A stretch of DNA of 45,548 bases from Aplysia californica. Lineage: Eukaryota. Position 1 is the first letter of the stretch; each line of letters starts with the position of its first letter. Below, piece after piece: positions 11,999-26,700 of the stretch. The notes beneath the pieces were generated by a model that was given only the letters and a program-made list of their open reading frames with translations, was not told the origin of the DNA and did not search any database. The DNA lies in contig NW_004797845.1 in the NCBI RefSeq assembly GCF_000002075.1, positions 354,216 to 399,763 on the forward strand. Direction: 5' to 3'. Both the position numbers and the translations under genes were made by a program.

Positions 11999-13529
11999 CN
12001 NNNNNNNNNNNNNNNNNNNNNNNNNNNNNNNNNNNNNNNNNNNNNNNNNNNNNNNNNNNNNNNNNNNNNNNNNNNNNNNNNNNNNNNNNNNNNNNNNNNN
12101 NNNNNNNNNNNNNNNNNNNNNNNNNNNNNNNNNNNNNNNNNNNNNNNNNNNNNNNNNNNNNNNNNNNNNNNNNNNNNNNNNNNNNNNNNNNNNNNNNNNN
12201 NNNNNNNNNNNNNNNNNNNNNNNNNNNNNNNNNNNNNNNNNNNNNNNNNNNNNNNNNNNNNNNNNNNNNNNNNNNNNNNNNNNNNNNNNNNNNNNNNNNN
12301 NNNNNNNNNNNNNNNNNNNNNNNNNNNNNNNNNNNNNNNNNNNNNNNNNNNNNNNNNNNNNNNNNNNNNNNNNNNNNNNNNNNNNNNNNNNNNNNNNNNN
12401 NNNNNNNNNNNNNNNNNNNNNNNNNNNNNNNNNNNNNNNNNNNNNNNNNNNNNNNNNNNNNNNNNNNNNNNNNNNNNNNNNNNNNNNNNNNNNNNNNNNN
12501 NNNNNNNNNNNNNNNNNNNNNNNNNNNNNNNNNNNNNNNNNNNNNNNNNNNNNNNNNNNNNNNNNNNNNNNNNNNNNNNNNNNNNNNNNNNNNNNNNNNN
12601 NNNNNNNNNNNNNNNNNNNNNNNNNNNNNNNNNNNNNNNNNNNNNNNNNNNNNNNNNNNNNNNNNNNNNNNNNNNNCACACCACCACCACCACCACCACC
12701 ACCACCATCACCACAACAACAACAGCAAAGTCAAGAACTTTATAAAACAACCCCAAAACTAACAAACAGTAAACAGGAAAAGTAAGATTAAGTCAACACA
12801 AAACAAGAAATTAGAAAGATGAAAACATTTTCAGAAGCAGACACGACACGAAAGAGAGGACGATGCTCCCGGGACGGACACGAGACACTATGGCCAAGAC
12901 TCGCTTTCGCCTCGAGGTCACTGGGAAGAACAGGAACATCAGGATGTCACTACAACTACAACCTTCTGTAAGTTTTATTGTCATTGATGTGGGCCTATAG
13001 CAGCCGAGCAACACGCAAATTTTTATACTAGCATGAGCAGCTGCTGAAAACAGGAAAGGCAATGGGCGAGAGGAAGGTTAGTCTTCGGCTGCAGTAATTC
13101 GGTTTAAACTAAAACTGGTCACTTGAGGGTTGAAGGTGGGATCCAAGGTCATGTGGTTACTCGTGGAAGCAGACAGATGAGATAAAGATTGATTTACTTG
13201 AAAAGAAACACACAGAGCAGGAATTGCCTCTCATGCCTTGCGAAATTGTTGGTTTATGGGGGCAAGATGGGGAGGTGGGTCATGATGTATCTCCACAGTA
13301 AGCACCGGCGTCTGTGCGTCTGTGTGTGGTTTAAAATTCAGGCTATCCGCCTTGCATAGAATAGATACGAGTACGTTTCCTACTAATCCTACCTGTGGAT
13401 GTTTTTCTTTTAACTCCTTCATGGAGACACCATTCAGATCGGGACGACCCCAATACATAGAATGGAGCAGACCGCTGTTACATCTTTTAAATCAAATGAG
13501 TCGATAAGGGTGTCACAACTTACAACAAA

Positions 13530-13712
13530 TAGTCAGTGGGTACCCGGACTGTTTTTACTGATATTAATTCATTCTGCACTGAAGCCTCGTGCTGGATCCC
13601 ATGCAGGTACGTGGATATTCTATTTTAATATAGTATAAAGCGCATAGAGCCTGCTGTTGAGCGGGGATATGCGCTATACAAATGCTATCTATTATTATTA
13701 TTATTATTATTT
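13530..13712 (+). mobile_element. SINE 3' half with L2/CR1-type tail
   Basis: GGGTACCCGG body motif, then AAGCGCATAGAGC...GGATATGCGCTATACAAATG and (ATT)n; related to 44355-44697. Confidence 0.7.
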
Positions 13713-14755
13713 ATGTATAGGTCCTTAGAAACATGCAAATCTTTTGTTCATTAGCCCCTGGATGTCGTGGCATATGTTCATGGGCCAGTGGACCTGCATT
13801 TTAACTTTCATTAAGACTGTCTTCTTTACATTGGCGGCCTGGTTCAAATGATGCGAAGGTGTTAAAATGTGTTTTTGGAAAGGGGGAAGGGGTGGGGGGA
13901 GGAGAGTAGGGTTGGGGTCAATCTCTCCTGTATTATCTCCAACCCCATTCTTTCCCCTCCTCTTTAGTCTGCTTCACCCTATCTTCTTTCTGCCTCCTCC
14001 TCCTCCTCCTCCTTTCCTCATCTTTCTCTTGTTACCTGTATATTTTTGTTGCTCTCCTTTCATTAACCTTCCTTCTTCTATTCTTATTATCAGAGAGAAG
14101 GGAAAAGTACACAGTGCCAAAAATTCATTTTTTATTTTATTGCATTTTAAAACTGATATTTCACAAGATGTACAGCTTGAAAAACAGCATGTGCTAATCA
14201 ATTTCTCTGAAACATGCAAACTAAAAAGAGCTAAAGGGTAAAGGCGTATTTTTTCATGCTCTTAATAAGTTAACTTTTGAGTAGGCCTACCTTGTTTTGT
14301 ATTTTAATTCTGTACAAATTGATCTTGGGTTGAACATACCAAAAGTTACATTAAGTCCTGTTTACAAACATTAGTATAGGTTTATATCAAAATACTTTTC
14401 TGTTTTAGTTATCACAGAACTTCTTTGGAAAAAGATAACAAGCGATATACAATGTACACAGAATAAAGAAGTATCAAGACACAAACATTACCATAACTTG
14501 AGTTCATGTACACATGTTAAAATTCCAGACTTCTCTCATTCAATATTGTTTTTGAAAGAAATTCAAAATAATTTCAAAATTTGCGATCCCACATAAAATC
14601 ATAATTAAGTTCAAACATAGCAAACATACTCACAGCTATAAGATCTGTCATTGTAATCTTGATAAAGACATAAAATAATATCCTCTACTAAATTGTTAGC
14701 AAAGAGAGAAAGTGCAATGAAAACCAAAATTCACTTTGCTCAAGCTTGGAAGTTT

Positions 14756-14794
14756 TCAGTCTATCTGGGGGTTGTGCTGGAACAAAAACTCCGC
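14756..14794 (-). CDS. AK7: AK7 exon 17, terminal coding exon ([12 protein letters not shown])
   Basis: ttttcag| acceptor; completes DPIDYLAEFLF; TGA at 14758-14756. Confidence 0.9.
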   Translation of the reverse strand, partial: AEFLFQHNPQID

Positions 14795-17700
14795 CTGAAA
14801 AGAAGCAACATTATTTGTAACATTTTGTTCCAAATGATAAGTGCATACAAGTTGTTACTACCTAAATTATGATATTGTTTTTCCCTTCCTAATCTCAAAA
14901 TGATAGTCATAATATATATGACCAAGAGAAAGATAGAATAAGTGAATCTTATTTACCTTCCAATAAAGACATTTTTCTTTCAGTTTAAATCATATAAATC
15001 TAAGAAGATAAAGATAAAACTAATTTGTAATCAACAAGACCGTCATATCTAAGAGCAGCTCTTTGAATAACAAATAAAGTATTCCTAAATCGAATAAAAG
15101 AGTGACTTGTGCATTTTGTAGCCTACTTGTGTCAACCATACTCTGACTCTGAGAAAAACATGATCTATATTAACTGTGTGCGGTTTCTTTTATGTGAGAC
15201 GTGGTAAAGGGAAAAAAAACAACTAACATAGATTCTAAAACAAAACATGACCCTGACTGAGAAAACTTTTAGGAAAGAACTTCTTCCTCATGTCACTAGT
15301 GCAAAGATTAGTAGGAAAAGACATCAGAAAGTAAAATATTAAATTAGAGATTTTGTAATATGCAAAAGTTGTGTATCAGAATCTGAGCACTTTTTTGCTA
15401 CACTATGCATGTGCTTAGCTGAGAGCTTCCCAAGCAACATAATATGATGACTTGACTAATTCGCACTGATGCATCAATTGTTCATGTTCCTTGTGTCGAT
15501 CAAATTCATAAATTCTCTGGCCTCTGTGACAAGGTAAGCAATGCTAAATGCTATCAAAAGAACTTAAACAGGCGAAACAAAGCAGAGCTCAGTAAACTGC
15601 TCATCAAAAGCAGCGAACTTACATGCAATTTTGTCTGTGGCAAACACAACACACTTGTTCATTTCACTAGCTTTCCAAGAGTGCCTATTTATAACTGAAC
15701 TGTGCTGTACTTTTTCCAGCTGTTATAGCAGTGTTTACTGAGGCAGTAACCATAGTCTGCTAAACAAGGACAGACCGTTGAAACTAACATGAACTTACCA
15801 AATAGTCAATTGGGTCCTCTGGTCTGGACTTGCAGCAGTCAATGAGACCCTGTGTCAGTGTGGGCATCACATGTTTCATCAAATAGTTCCTCAGAGGGAT
15901 AGACTGTGCTTCCAGCAATTCATATTCTTCTCTCTTCACTTCATTTAGACGTTGAGACTGGAAAAGTAAAAGAAGCAAAACAAGACGTGAGAGTTTGATT
16001 ATCCATTATGTTTACTTTTAGAACTCTTCTGTGGCTGAAAAAAAAAAGAGTTGAAAAAAGACAAAGATGTTGGATGTTCCTTTTAAAATTCTAAGAAATA
16101 CATATAATACAAAAATACATGACTCTGTTCACTTTATGTCCTTTGAGAACAAAAGAACAACAGTCTCTGTTAAAATGTAACTTTTCTTATTTATGTTGGT
16201 CTCATCTTTTACCTTCTAATTTTGAGTATTCAGTCAAAACACCAAAGTCAATTTTCTGGAAGAATTAGCTGAAAAGTATGAGCAAGGACCAAGTATATGT
16301 GACAGAAGCGTTTATCCAGTAAATTCCATTCCACAACTCTGATAAATATCAGCCTACCCATTCTTCCTGTCGTCTCCTCCTCTCCTGAAGTTCCTCTGCC
16401 TCCTTCCTTTCCTTCTCAGCCTTTTCCTCTGCTTCCCTTTTCACTCTTGCTTCTTCTTCCAGCCTTCTCATCTCTTCCAATTCTTCTGGGGTGGGTCCTG
16501 TAGTAAATGAGGAAAGAAAAACCCCCCACTCAATATGCAATTTCAGCATGAAGTCTTTTTCACAACTACTTGAAAAAAAAAAACACATTCCGAAAGGAAC
16601 ACTCTCAGTCATGAAGGAATCTGGTATCCCTCGTTTTATCTAAATTCACTGTCATAATCAAAGATAGATTATTTATTCTTTACTTTACATTTCGATACAG
16701 TTTTCCCAAAGCATACATTCAGACTTGAATATTGTGAATACAGGAAACAATTCCTTCAAGAACAACCGTAGTCACAATACTTGAGAAAATTGTCAAAGAT
16801 CACCGTTCAGCCAAAAGAATATCTTAGAGAAAAACTATGAATCTCAGTTATTTTTTCTGATTTTGTTCAATCATGTTTACCTAAAACTGAACACGTTTCC
16901 ATCTTATTTTAAGAAGTGCAAATAGAAGAGAACAGGTAAAATACACTATCATGCGCAACTGTTAAACAATTTATTCATTTTGGTGCCAAGTTCTTACCAT
17001 AGTTTCTGGGGCTTCCAAAAATTTTCTTGATCTTCTCAGCAGTATCTTTCATCATCTCTGAGTTGTCCTTTGCCACATCTGAGAACAAAAAAAGAATAAT
17101 AATTAATTTTGCTTGTCTTCATAGAAAGTATAATTCATTTTTTCCAAATTTTCTTCCCTCCACAAAGCATAAAGGTAATACTTAAAAGCAACATCACAAT
17201 TGGTCCTATCTCTGGACCAACAAGTAGCAGAGAGCTATTTATACTTCATCAAAATATTCTTGTCGGTTTTTGTGGGGAACTTGATGCTTTCTCTTTTAGG
17301 CATTTTTTAATCATGGCATTGATTCTGAGCAGATTCTTCCCCCCCCCCCCTTCCCAAACTCTTCCACCCTCATACTTTTTTCCCTCCTTTTGCAACCATA
17401 CACTACCGGGATAACCCACCTATTTTCTCTGGATGGAACTCAAGCTCATCAAAGTAGTTGAGCACTGTATCATCCTCTGTGTTGGTGTTCCTGTAGTCTG
17501 TGAGCCGACGCAGCAGCTCTTTCTCCGTGTTGTGTGTGTTGGTCACCACCGACTCCGGCAGGTTCATCACACGCTGCTTCAGGAAGTCATCCACGGCCTC
17601 CAGGTTGATGACAAATTCTGGCATGATGGTTTTATCGAAGCTAGCCTGTCCTTCTGCCGCCTCTTCCTCATCTTCTTCATCTACAAAGGAACAAATGACA

Positions 17701-20700
17701 TCATGCATGATGGAAAAATGTGTAAAGTAAATGAAAATGTACACTGACACAAATGAGAGACTCTTTTTTAGTTTAGTTTTAGTAGAGGTTTTACGGCTGT
17801 CAACACAAAATCACAGGGACGTCACAACTGATGATGCTCAAAAGTAGACAACAACCATTTGTGCACATTGAACACAAACACAAATATCTATAATAATACA
17901 TTTAAAAAGAAAGGAAAAGAAAGAAAGGAAACTCAGATTTTAACAAGGAAAACAATTATAAAATGTTGGAGAAAATATCAAAGAATAGAGAAAGAAAGAG
18001 TTAGCCGAAGAGGCACAGAACTATTGCCGATCAACTGCAGGCAAAAAAGCACTGAAACATGATGTAACTGTGGCAGAAAGTCAGGCAGACAATCGTTAAA
18101 TGTAGTCTAAGAAAGTCCTTCTTTAACTCATTCGCTACGCCGAGCCGTGGGGGTCGGCGCGGCTCAAGTGCCGTCAGTACGTTAAGCCGCCCCCGGCGGC
18201 TCGAGAACCGTCGTTCAATTTTAGCTTGGTTTCTATTCCAATCCACTTATCCATGTTAAAATAAAGGTCATAATATAATGTTGACTTCCGGGTCAAGCGT
18301 TTCCACCGAAAATCGGAAGTTTTGATTCAGTTTTGAAACATGATTTCGTAGTTTATTCGACTTTGTTTTATCGCGAAGCCCAAATTATAGCCCAGACACC
18401 AGTCTTAGTACTTTTACACAACAAAATGTATAATTATTTTGCTCACTAAAGAAGTGTAGGACTCTTCTTTATAATATTGATACTATTGGACGCAAATTGC
18501 CGGTGCACTGTAATTGAGAAATCAATATTTGAGTGCTAGATCTAGGCCTAGATCTAAATAGTCAAAATATTTTTTTCTCCCTAAAATCACTACTTTTGGG
18601 TGAAATTAATAAAAAAAATACCACTCAAGACATGTATAGGTTTATTCCAAGTGCAATTCTGAATAATTCCATATAAGTTACGCGTATTTTTTTCTGTTTG
18701 TGATCCTTTTTTCAAAATTATTTAAAAAATTATTTTTTTTCAATATCGGATGTTATGATCCAAATGTACAAACATTATGGAATGTATGTAAATAACTGCA
18801 CATTTTTCAATATTTTCCTGTTCTATATACAGTTATGGTTATTTTGAGGTATCATTTGACTAGGTGCAAACATGTTTTTTTAGCTTCACCTGAGATTATA
18901 CATTTTTTATTTTCCAATTTTATCCGCATCCAATCAAAATTGTGTTGCATAATCGCCTCTTACAAGAACCAAAGTTGAAAAATACGCAAATAAATAATGT
19001 AGGTGTATTCTACAAACCATACTGAAAATGTTGGTATATAACATGTTGATATTTATTTGAATTTATGGCCCCAAAGACCTGCGAACTGCGCACTAGTCAT
19101 CATCTCATTTCGCCCTCCCGAAAAGAATTCGTCCACAAGCCGAAAATAATACGTAGCGAATGAGTTAAGACACAATGTCCTTCCATAAAATCCCAGGATA
19201 ATAACCAACAGTGGGTAAACAAGTTGCATTGGATTTTTAAAAATACAGAAGCTGCTTTAGATATATGAATCTTTATATTGAAAAAAAGGGAAACAAAACA
19301 TTTTGATATTGTAAGGGAAACACAAGCCTTCCACGATTTAAACGTGATGAGCAGACTAGTATACAGAAATACAAATAAATCTGCCTAAAATCTGATATCA
19401 TGATCAAAGGTGCAGGGACTATAAAAAATTGTCAAAGCAACTACAATCTCTCTACTATCATACAAGGCCAAGATGAAAAATGAAATCAGTGCTGTAATAA
19501 ATCCAAAACGTACTAGCAAACAATTCCTTTGCTTGGGAGAGGGTCTTGGGGTATCCGTCCAAGATAAACCCCTGATTCTGGCACGGCATGGCCTTGAGAC
19601 GGTCCCGCAAGAAGCGGATGATGAACTGGTCCTCGATGCGACCTCCGTTGTTTTCTTTGCTCTCATTGATCTGGTCCAGGAGTTCCTGGGCCTCCTGGGC
19701 TCCGCTGTCCTCCTCCTCCTCTGTGTCCTCCTCATCGGAACGGCGTGTCTTTGCTTGCTGTAGGCATAAGACAAGATAAAGTACATTAACATAAAATAAG
19801 GTAGAGATAAGACACACTAAGATAAGATGAGACAAAATACGAAATTAAACTTTGGTTTTTTTATAACTTCAGAAAGTATATTTAAAAAATCAGTAAAACA
19901 ACAATGATTACGGTAAGATAAGATAAATATTTTTAATCCATACTAGAGAATTTTGATTAAAATTGGGAAGCAGAAAAACAAGAAAATGTGAGAAACATGT
20001 ATGGCCATGATTCAATGACTAACGTATACAATACCAATTGAAATGTTCAAGAACATTCATCAACTCTGAGCTGTACTAATCTTATCTTAAGTCCAGCCAA
20101 GCTGGCATGCAGCTGCTTATGCTAATGGCTGTCAGAAAATGTTAGTGTCAGAGGTTGGGATCTACACCCTGTCACAGTATCTTGAGGTTTTTTTCTTTGA
20201 GGTTGAAAATACAAGCAAAACTGTCTAAGACAGACACCCATTGTTGAGGAAAAAAGGGGCCATATTAGACAGGCGGTCATCTTGCACAGTGTCATTGTAA
20301 TAGAAAAAATACACAAGAGAGGAAATAGGAGATGGCCATTTGTACAGGTAATTGTCTTAATATACAAGTGTCCGTTATTTGTTGGAACTCAACATACTAC
20401 AACAAAGGAGAGAATGAGTAACAAGAAATAGTCCTCACCAAGCCCTCCAACTCCTCGTCAATGACCTCCTTGATCAGGATGTGATGAAGTTTGTAGAATT
20501 CACACAACTGCTTCGTCACCGTGGTCTTCCCTGAGGCGGGGGGACCTAGGATCACTGCTCGGAGGGGCTGAGAAAGGAGAATACAATATTTTTTAAATTC
20601 CAAGACTTTTGCCCATAATTGAATGCTTTCATTGCTAGCCACTTTTACAACAATGAAGTTACGTTTTACAGCTTTGGAGTCCCTCCATGACTAAAACAGT

Positions 20701-23700
20701 CATCATGAGAAGCATTTTTTTTCTTTAAAAAAAAACGTTATACTGAATTTGTTTCTTTTTCCCCAAAACACTATGTGTGGCCTTTTGTGTCTGGACAGAC
20801 AATCTTAACACAGTATGCATGACACAGCTTTGCCTCTGCAGTCGACATTAAGGAAGTAGACAGTTCAAGAACTGCTTCCCTCCCTTCAGATCTTGACAGT
20901 CTTGATATGTGCCGATGGAAAAACTTAGTTGATATGATTAGAATCAAGGAAAGTATAAGGGCATGTCTTACTATTTTCATTTTTTATTACTCTTTTTTTT
21001 TTGCTTTAATATACTAGACACAAATGTCATTCTGAAGACCCTTCCAAAAAGGGGGTTTTACTATATTATTTTTGACTAGACCAGAATCTTGGTTGACAGA
21101 TTGACCTAAAAGAGAGCTGGACCAAAGACAAAGAAGATAAGGAGAAAAAAATGATATCCTTTCACAGTAAACAGTGTAACATAATATGAGTGTCACCTTA
21201 CTTAAAAGAGGTGTAGGGTATACTCTTAGCAGGATATCAGACACCTAATACTCCAGCCTGCTTGAGGATGTTATGTCAGTAGGGAGACTGCGACATAAGA
21301 AACAAGGAACAAGAAAGGAAAGGAGAAAAAACCCCACAGATGAACATCTACCATTTTCAAACTGATTATCAGTTAAGTTATAAAGATTTATGTAAGTGCC
21401 TTACTTATTACAGAAGAAATTTTGCTGATTTTAAAAATAAAGAAACATAGTAACACTCACAAAGTAAAGGATTTTACGAGAGAAGAGGAAAATACTTGTA
21501 CCTGAAGGCTTCTAGAATCTTTGTACTCCTTGATGATTGGAATAATGTTGTCAATGATGCCTGCTTCAGATACCCAGCTGATGTGCATGTTTTCCTTCAC
21601 AAATACTGAATCCATTCGCAGGTTCACCAGCAGCATATCAAAGTCAGCTTGCTGAAAAAGTTCATTTCTATTTGTTAATCTATCTTGAAAATAAAGAGAT
21701 TATAATGAACATGAACCAAATTTCTACTCTAAGGACACAAATGGTCTAGGTATTATAGAAAAGTTAATTAACATGACCCTGTATGCAGATATATGGTCCA
21801 TGATTTGGTTTACTTGTACGTCTTACATGTTTCATATATATATATACCAGTGAAGATAAGCCTGTACATGTGTAAATGAAGTTTCAAGAAATCTATGCTT
21901 CACGCTCTGCACTGATGGACGTATGTTTTCCTATGAATGAATGAGTTCAAAATATCCTTCACTAAATAAAGTCAAATTGGTTGAGAACAGACAAAAAAAA
22001 CTTTACATACTGTGAAGCTTAATTCACTTTTCATATTTTCAGACATTTTCTCTGTTTAGTTGACCTTCTTTCATACAGCTAATTTAAACACACTGACTTA
22101 GTTTTATATGCACTAAGCTTCAGTTGTATGCAGAAAAGGTGAAATGGCAACATCGCTAAAAGTATGACTCACCTCAATGTCTTTGCTAAGAAGAGCCTCC
22201 TCTTTTGTGATTTGCTTCAATTTGCCTGAGCCCAAGTTCTGACTGACAACCTGGTTGAGTAAAAAAAAACCCAAAAAGCATTTCAGAATCAATCAAGAAA
22301 AAGCATTTGCTGTTCTTTAAGGTAAGCATTATCATCTCATTATATTTTTGTTATGCAATATCCTTTACTTAGTAATTTGCTCATCATGAGTTTTGGCAAC
22401 ATTCAATTTTGAGTGTGGTGAATGTCAATACAGACATGACAAAAGTAAATCAAGCTCTAATGGAAGTAGTCTAACAAAATCATATTTACCCTAACAATCT
22501 CCTCCAGTGTGTTCTGAGCATCATCTTTGGCAATTATGTACCTCACTTTTGGTCTCGCATCCGCCACATTCTGAATGACACTGCAGAAAATGACATGCCA
22601 TTGTAACACATATACAATCGAAATTGTCTACAATGGCCACCCATTGTCAAGGAGAAAAGCAGTTGTCTTAATCAGGTGAACATCTTACACATTATAATGT
22701 TACAAAATATGCAAAGGGGGAAAAGGGAAGTGGTCATTTGTACAGGTGATTGTCTTATACAGGTTGCCGTTAGCGCAGGTTCGATTGTTCGACTATTGAT
22801 ATCAATCAAATTCTAAAGACAGAAGGACAAAATAAAAAAATGAAACATCATTCAACAGCAGTATTGCCTTAATAATATTATGTTTCGCGGGTTCATTTTC
22901 CTTTCCAAAACACTATAAAGTTATGTAAGAAGCAGGACTTGAAGTCAAGTGGGTGTAAAACGAAGAAAACTCCTGGGGAAAAGAATTAAATTCAAGAATA
23001 CCCTATTAGGTCTTTGAACTACAGCAATCTGCATCATAGTTCAGTCTGATATGACTGAGATAGTGTTGTGCCTCAAGAATAGCTTTCGAAAACTGACTTG
23101 AAAAAAAGAGCTTCAATAGTTCATAACGATTGTTGAGATTTTTATACTCAGCACTTATAGATCCTCCCTAGTAGAATGACCAAGAAACACTTACGCAGCA
23201 AGATCTTTGATGTGGATGGTAGGAACAATGTTTGTCCCATCACCAAAGCACTGCAGCTGTGGGGCATTGTGCCAGGCAGACTGTAGGGATGGTAAAAGTT
23301 AGTTTATCAATTTAATTATCAAAACTGTCACTTTGTTTTTTAAAATGAAAATTTCAGGGGATTTCACACAGACATGACAAGTACTGTCCCTGATCTTCCA
23401 GGGTTACATTCAAATAAGTCCAGTGCAAATTGAAAAAAAATATTCAAAATAATAAACATTAGAGGAATCCAAAGAAATTATTTTAAAATTATGTTAATTG
23501 GCGTGTAGCGCTTAAGCATATAATAAATTTCATTACAATGACCTACTTACTAAAGGAAAAAACAAATTTACTGACCTTGAACAAATAGTGAAAGATGTTT
23601 TCCTCAGCTCCGTATGTCAAACCAGAGCAAATGACATAAGTCACAAGTTTGGCCTTATTCTGCAAAGACAAATAATGTAGGATCAAATTAAATCGTCAGT

Positions 23701-26700
23701 GTCCATTCTTAAATAAATTCAATTCAAGTTTCTCCATTACACTTGAAATATCCCCATGATATTCTCTTTACTTACTACAGTATTATCAGGACACATATGC
23801 TGAATGGGCCTATATCTTTTCACCAGCACACTGTTGCAATTGTTTTTGTGATAAGTCATTCACTGTCTACTGAAATTAAATATTATATAGGGGATGCATA
23901 CCTTGCATGGTCACATTACATAAATGAAAACATAAAGAAATAACTTTTAAAATAAAATCATGATACTGTGTTTGGGAAGCTTGCAGCTTATTATAAAGGC
24001 TTGAAACATCAAAAAGAAAACAGAACAGGTAGACACTTTGTAAATATATATTTTATATTTTCTCTGATCCAGATCTTAAAGTCACTATAAAGCATTGGCA
24101 AAATTGTAAAGAAATGTATTTCTACAGTATTTTACAAGTGATATACCTATTAAGAGAGAATGACAACTGAAACCCACCCCCCAACATAAGTAAAATAAAA
24201 TAAAATAAATTAATAAATTAATGAATAATTAAATAAATAAATACATAGATATAAATATGAATGAATGAATGAATGAATGAATGAATGAATGAATGAATGA
24301 ATGAATGAATGAATGAATGAATGAATGAATGAAATATTAACAATAAATTAAGAAAAATTAATTATAATTCAATACAATGAAGGTTATAGGAATTTCAGTC
24401 ACACACTTATTATTAGGAAGGACACATTTATTATCTATACGTGTTGTACGTTAGATCTGAGGAAAATGTAGGTACATTTGAAACTCTCTCTGATTCGAAC
24501 AAAATATAAGGGGACGCTGTTCCCATTTGTAGACACTTCACACTAACGCTATAGACTGCCAACTTTATCAGAACAGACAGCCAACTTTATTAGAAAGTTA
24601 TATTGTGTTGTCAACATTGTTTTGGTTTGTGCATTTCCCTGTTCAATGGCTCGTACGAATCCGAGTATGTTATTTCCAAAGATTACATCATTTACCAGAT
24701 GTCGTAAAAGACACAGACAATGCCTGGATGCCGACTGACTATCCATGCAAATATTTATGGCTTTCAAAAATGTATTAATAAACCTTATACAGCGACAAAA
24801 ACTCAAAACAAAAACCAAAAAAACCCAAAAAAGAACCTAAACAAAAATTACCGTTTTTCCCAGCTTGATAACAGTTTTCTCAGCACTGATATGTTCCTTG
24901 AAGTTTGGGTGAGGCTTGCGTCTGCGATAATCATCTTCCGTGAAAGGAATTTCGGGATCATCCTGAAAAATTAGAGACGTGATGTGATTATCACACTATC
25001 AAACCCAAGCAGAGAAGATAAGCCCACAAAAAAGAAGTAGGCCTACTGATGCTTATTTACCCCTGCAAAACTTACAGTAGATATAAGTAGGCCTACATGG
25101 TGACCTTTAACCACAGGAGCACAACATAATGTATTTGAAATGAGATTATAGTAAAATAGTTAACTATTTGATTTCAGGTTGTTTTTTTAGTTCATATATA
25201 CCAACAGATTTGAAACACACAAAAAATATATATTTGTCAAATACTCATACTGATGAGTGCATAACTAATTGATGCACAATAAAAAAACCCAGAGAAACAA
25301 AACAAACTCTTAATTTAACCAGTACCAGGTTTTAAAAAAAGCCAGTAATGATTTGCAATACTTACAGGGTCCAAAGGTTTACTCTTTGCCCATGTCATGC
25401 AGGAGGAGATTAAGATAAACATCTTTGATTTATCGATTTTCTCAAGGTCTGAGTGCATTTCTGTAGAGGGAAGAGCAGATGATATAGCTTTTTAATAAAA
25501 CATTTCTATACTTGACAATAAAAATAAATAGCAGATTTTAATTTCAATTGGGTATTGACTGTATTTTGCTCAAAGCAATGGTGAATTTTTAAACAATTCA
25601 AATAGTTGGGTTTTTTTTTACATAACAGTGCAAGGTCTATGTATTTTTTGAACGAGGAAAAACATCCCAACTGGGGAGAGTGTTGCTACCCCAAGTGCAT
25701 AAACTAGTAACCATTTTCACCAAGATGCCTACAATAGAGAAAAAAATTCAAACAATTACAATGAAACTCGGATAAAACGTACGTCACGTCTGACCTTCAA
25801 ATGAGAGCCATTTTCGTTTCTTTAATGCCATACTGAAGAAATGTTGGAAAATTCTAAGAATTTACATTAAACTCTACTAAGCATATATTGTGTGAAAGGG
25901 ACGATTCATTTAAAGGCACGTCTGTGTCATCTATCATCCATAACGTACTGTTTGTTAAACATTCCAGCGGGCAATTCATTGCGTAAATCTTTGACAAAAC
26001 TAGCTTATGATTGTTATATTGCTCAGTAGCCGGGGGCAAAAAATGACTGACGCGTTTGTATCTCTACAGACGTTCCACCCCCAAACTGCTTGTGCCCCCT
26101 TCCCCCCACCCAGACACACACACCACACAGTCACTTTTGCTTACCGCCCATCCAACCCCGACACACGGTAAGACATGTGAGCCTGTTTTCGTATGAAAGA
26201 AGACCACTGATTTGTAGCATAAGATCTGAACAATAAGCTACACGAATAATGGTTTGCGATGCAGGTGTCATGGATGGTTTCCAGGAATAGTTAAGGTTCG
26301 GTGCGAGAAAAAAATGAGAGAAGCAATGAAAGCGGGGGCTGTTCATCCTGCAAGCAACTTCGTTGAATCCGAGCTTGCTCATTTATGTGTTCGAGGAATC
26401 AAAATTATTTTTTATGGATTTTGCGCATTTAAGCAAACAGGGAATCCTACTCCTTTAGTTGATCCAAGTTTTCGTTGAATCTGAGTTTGTTGAATCCGAG
26501 TTCCACTATATAATGCTCGCCAAAATGGCAGTCTCCTTCTAATCCTATATATGAGAAATAAGTTCAGCAAAACTTTGTATTAACATCCCAATAACTTTAT
26601 CATTTCATCTCTTCCCTGACTTCTTAATATCATACCCTTTCCACTAAAAGGATTTTTGCGTAGAAAAAGCTGTCCTTGAATAAGTACCCCATTCCATTAC

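Noticed and set aside
10024-12765. Long ORFs of 200-360 aa
   Set aside because: They are made of N-gaps and GA/CA microsatellite translations; the same applies to ORFs at 5917-6270, 32605-33725, 35398-36321 and 39618-40439.
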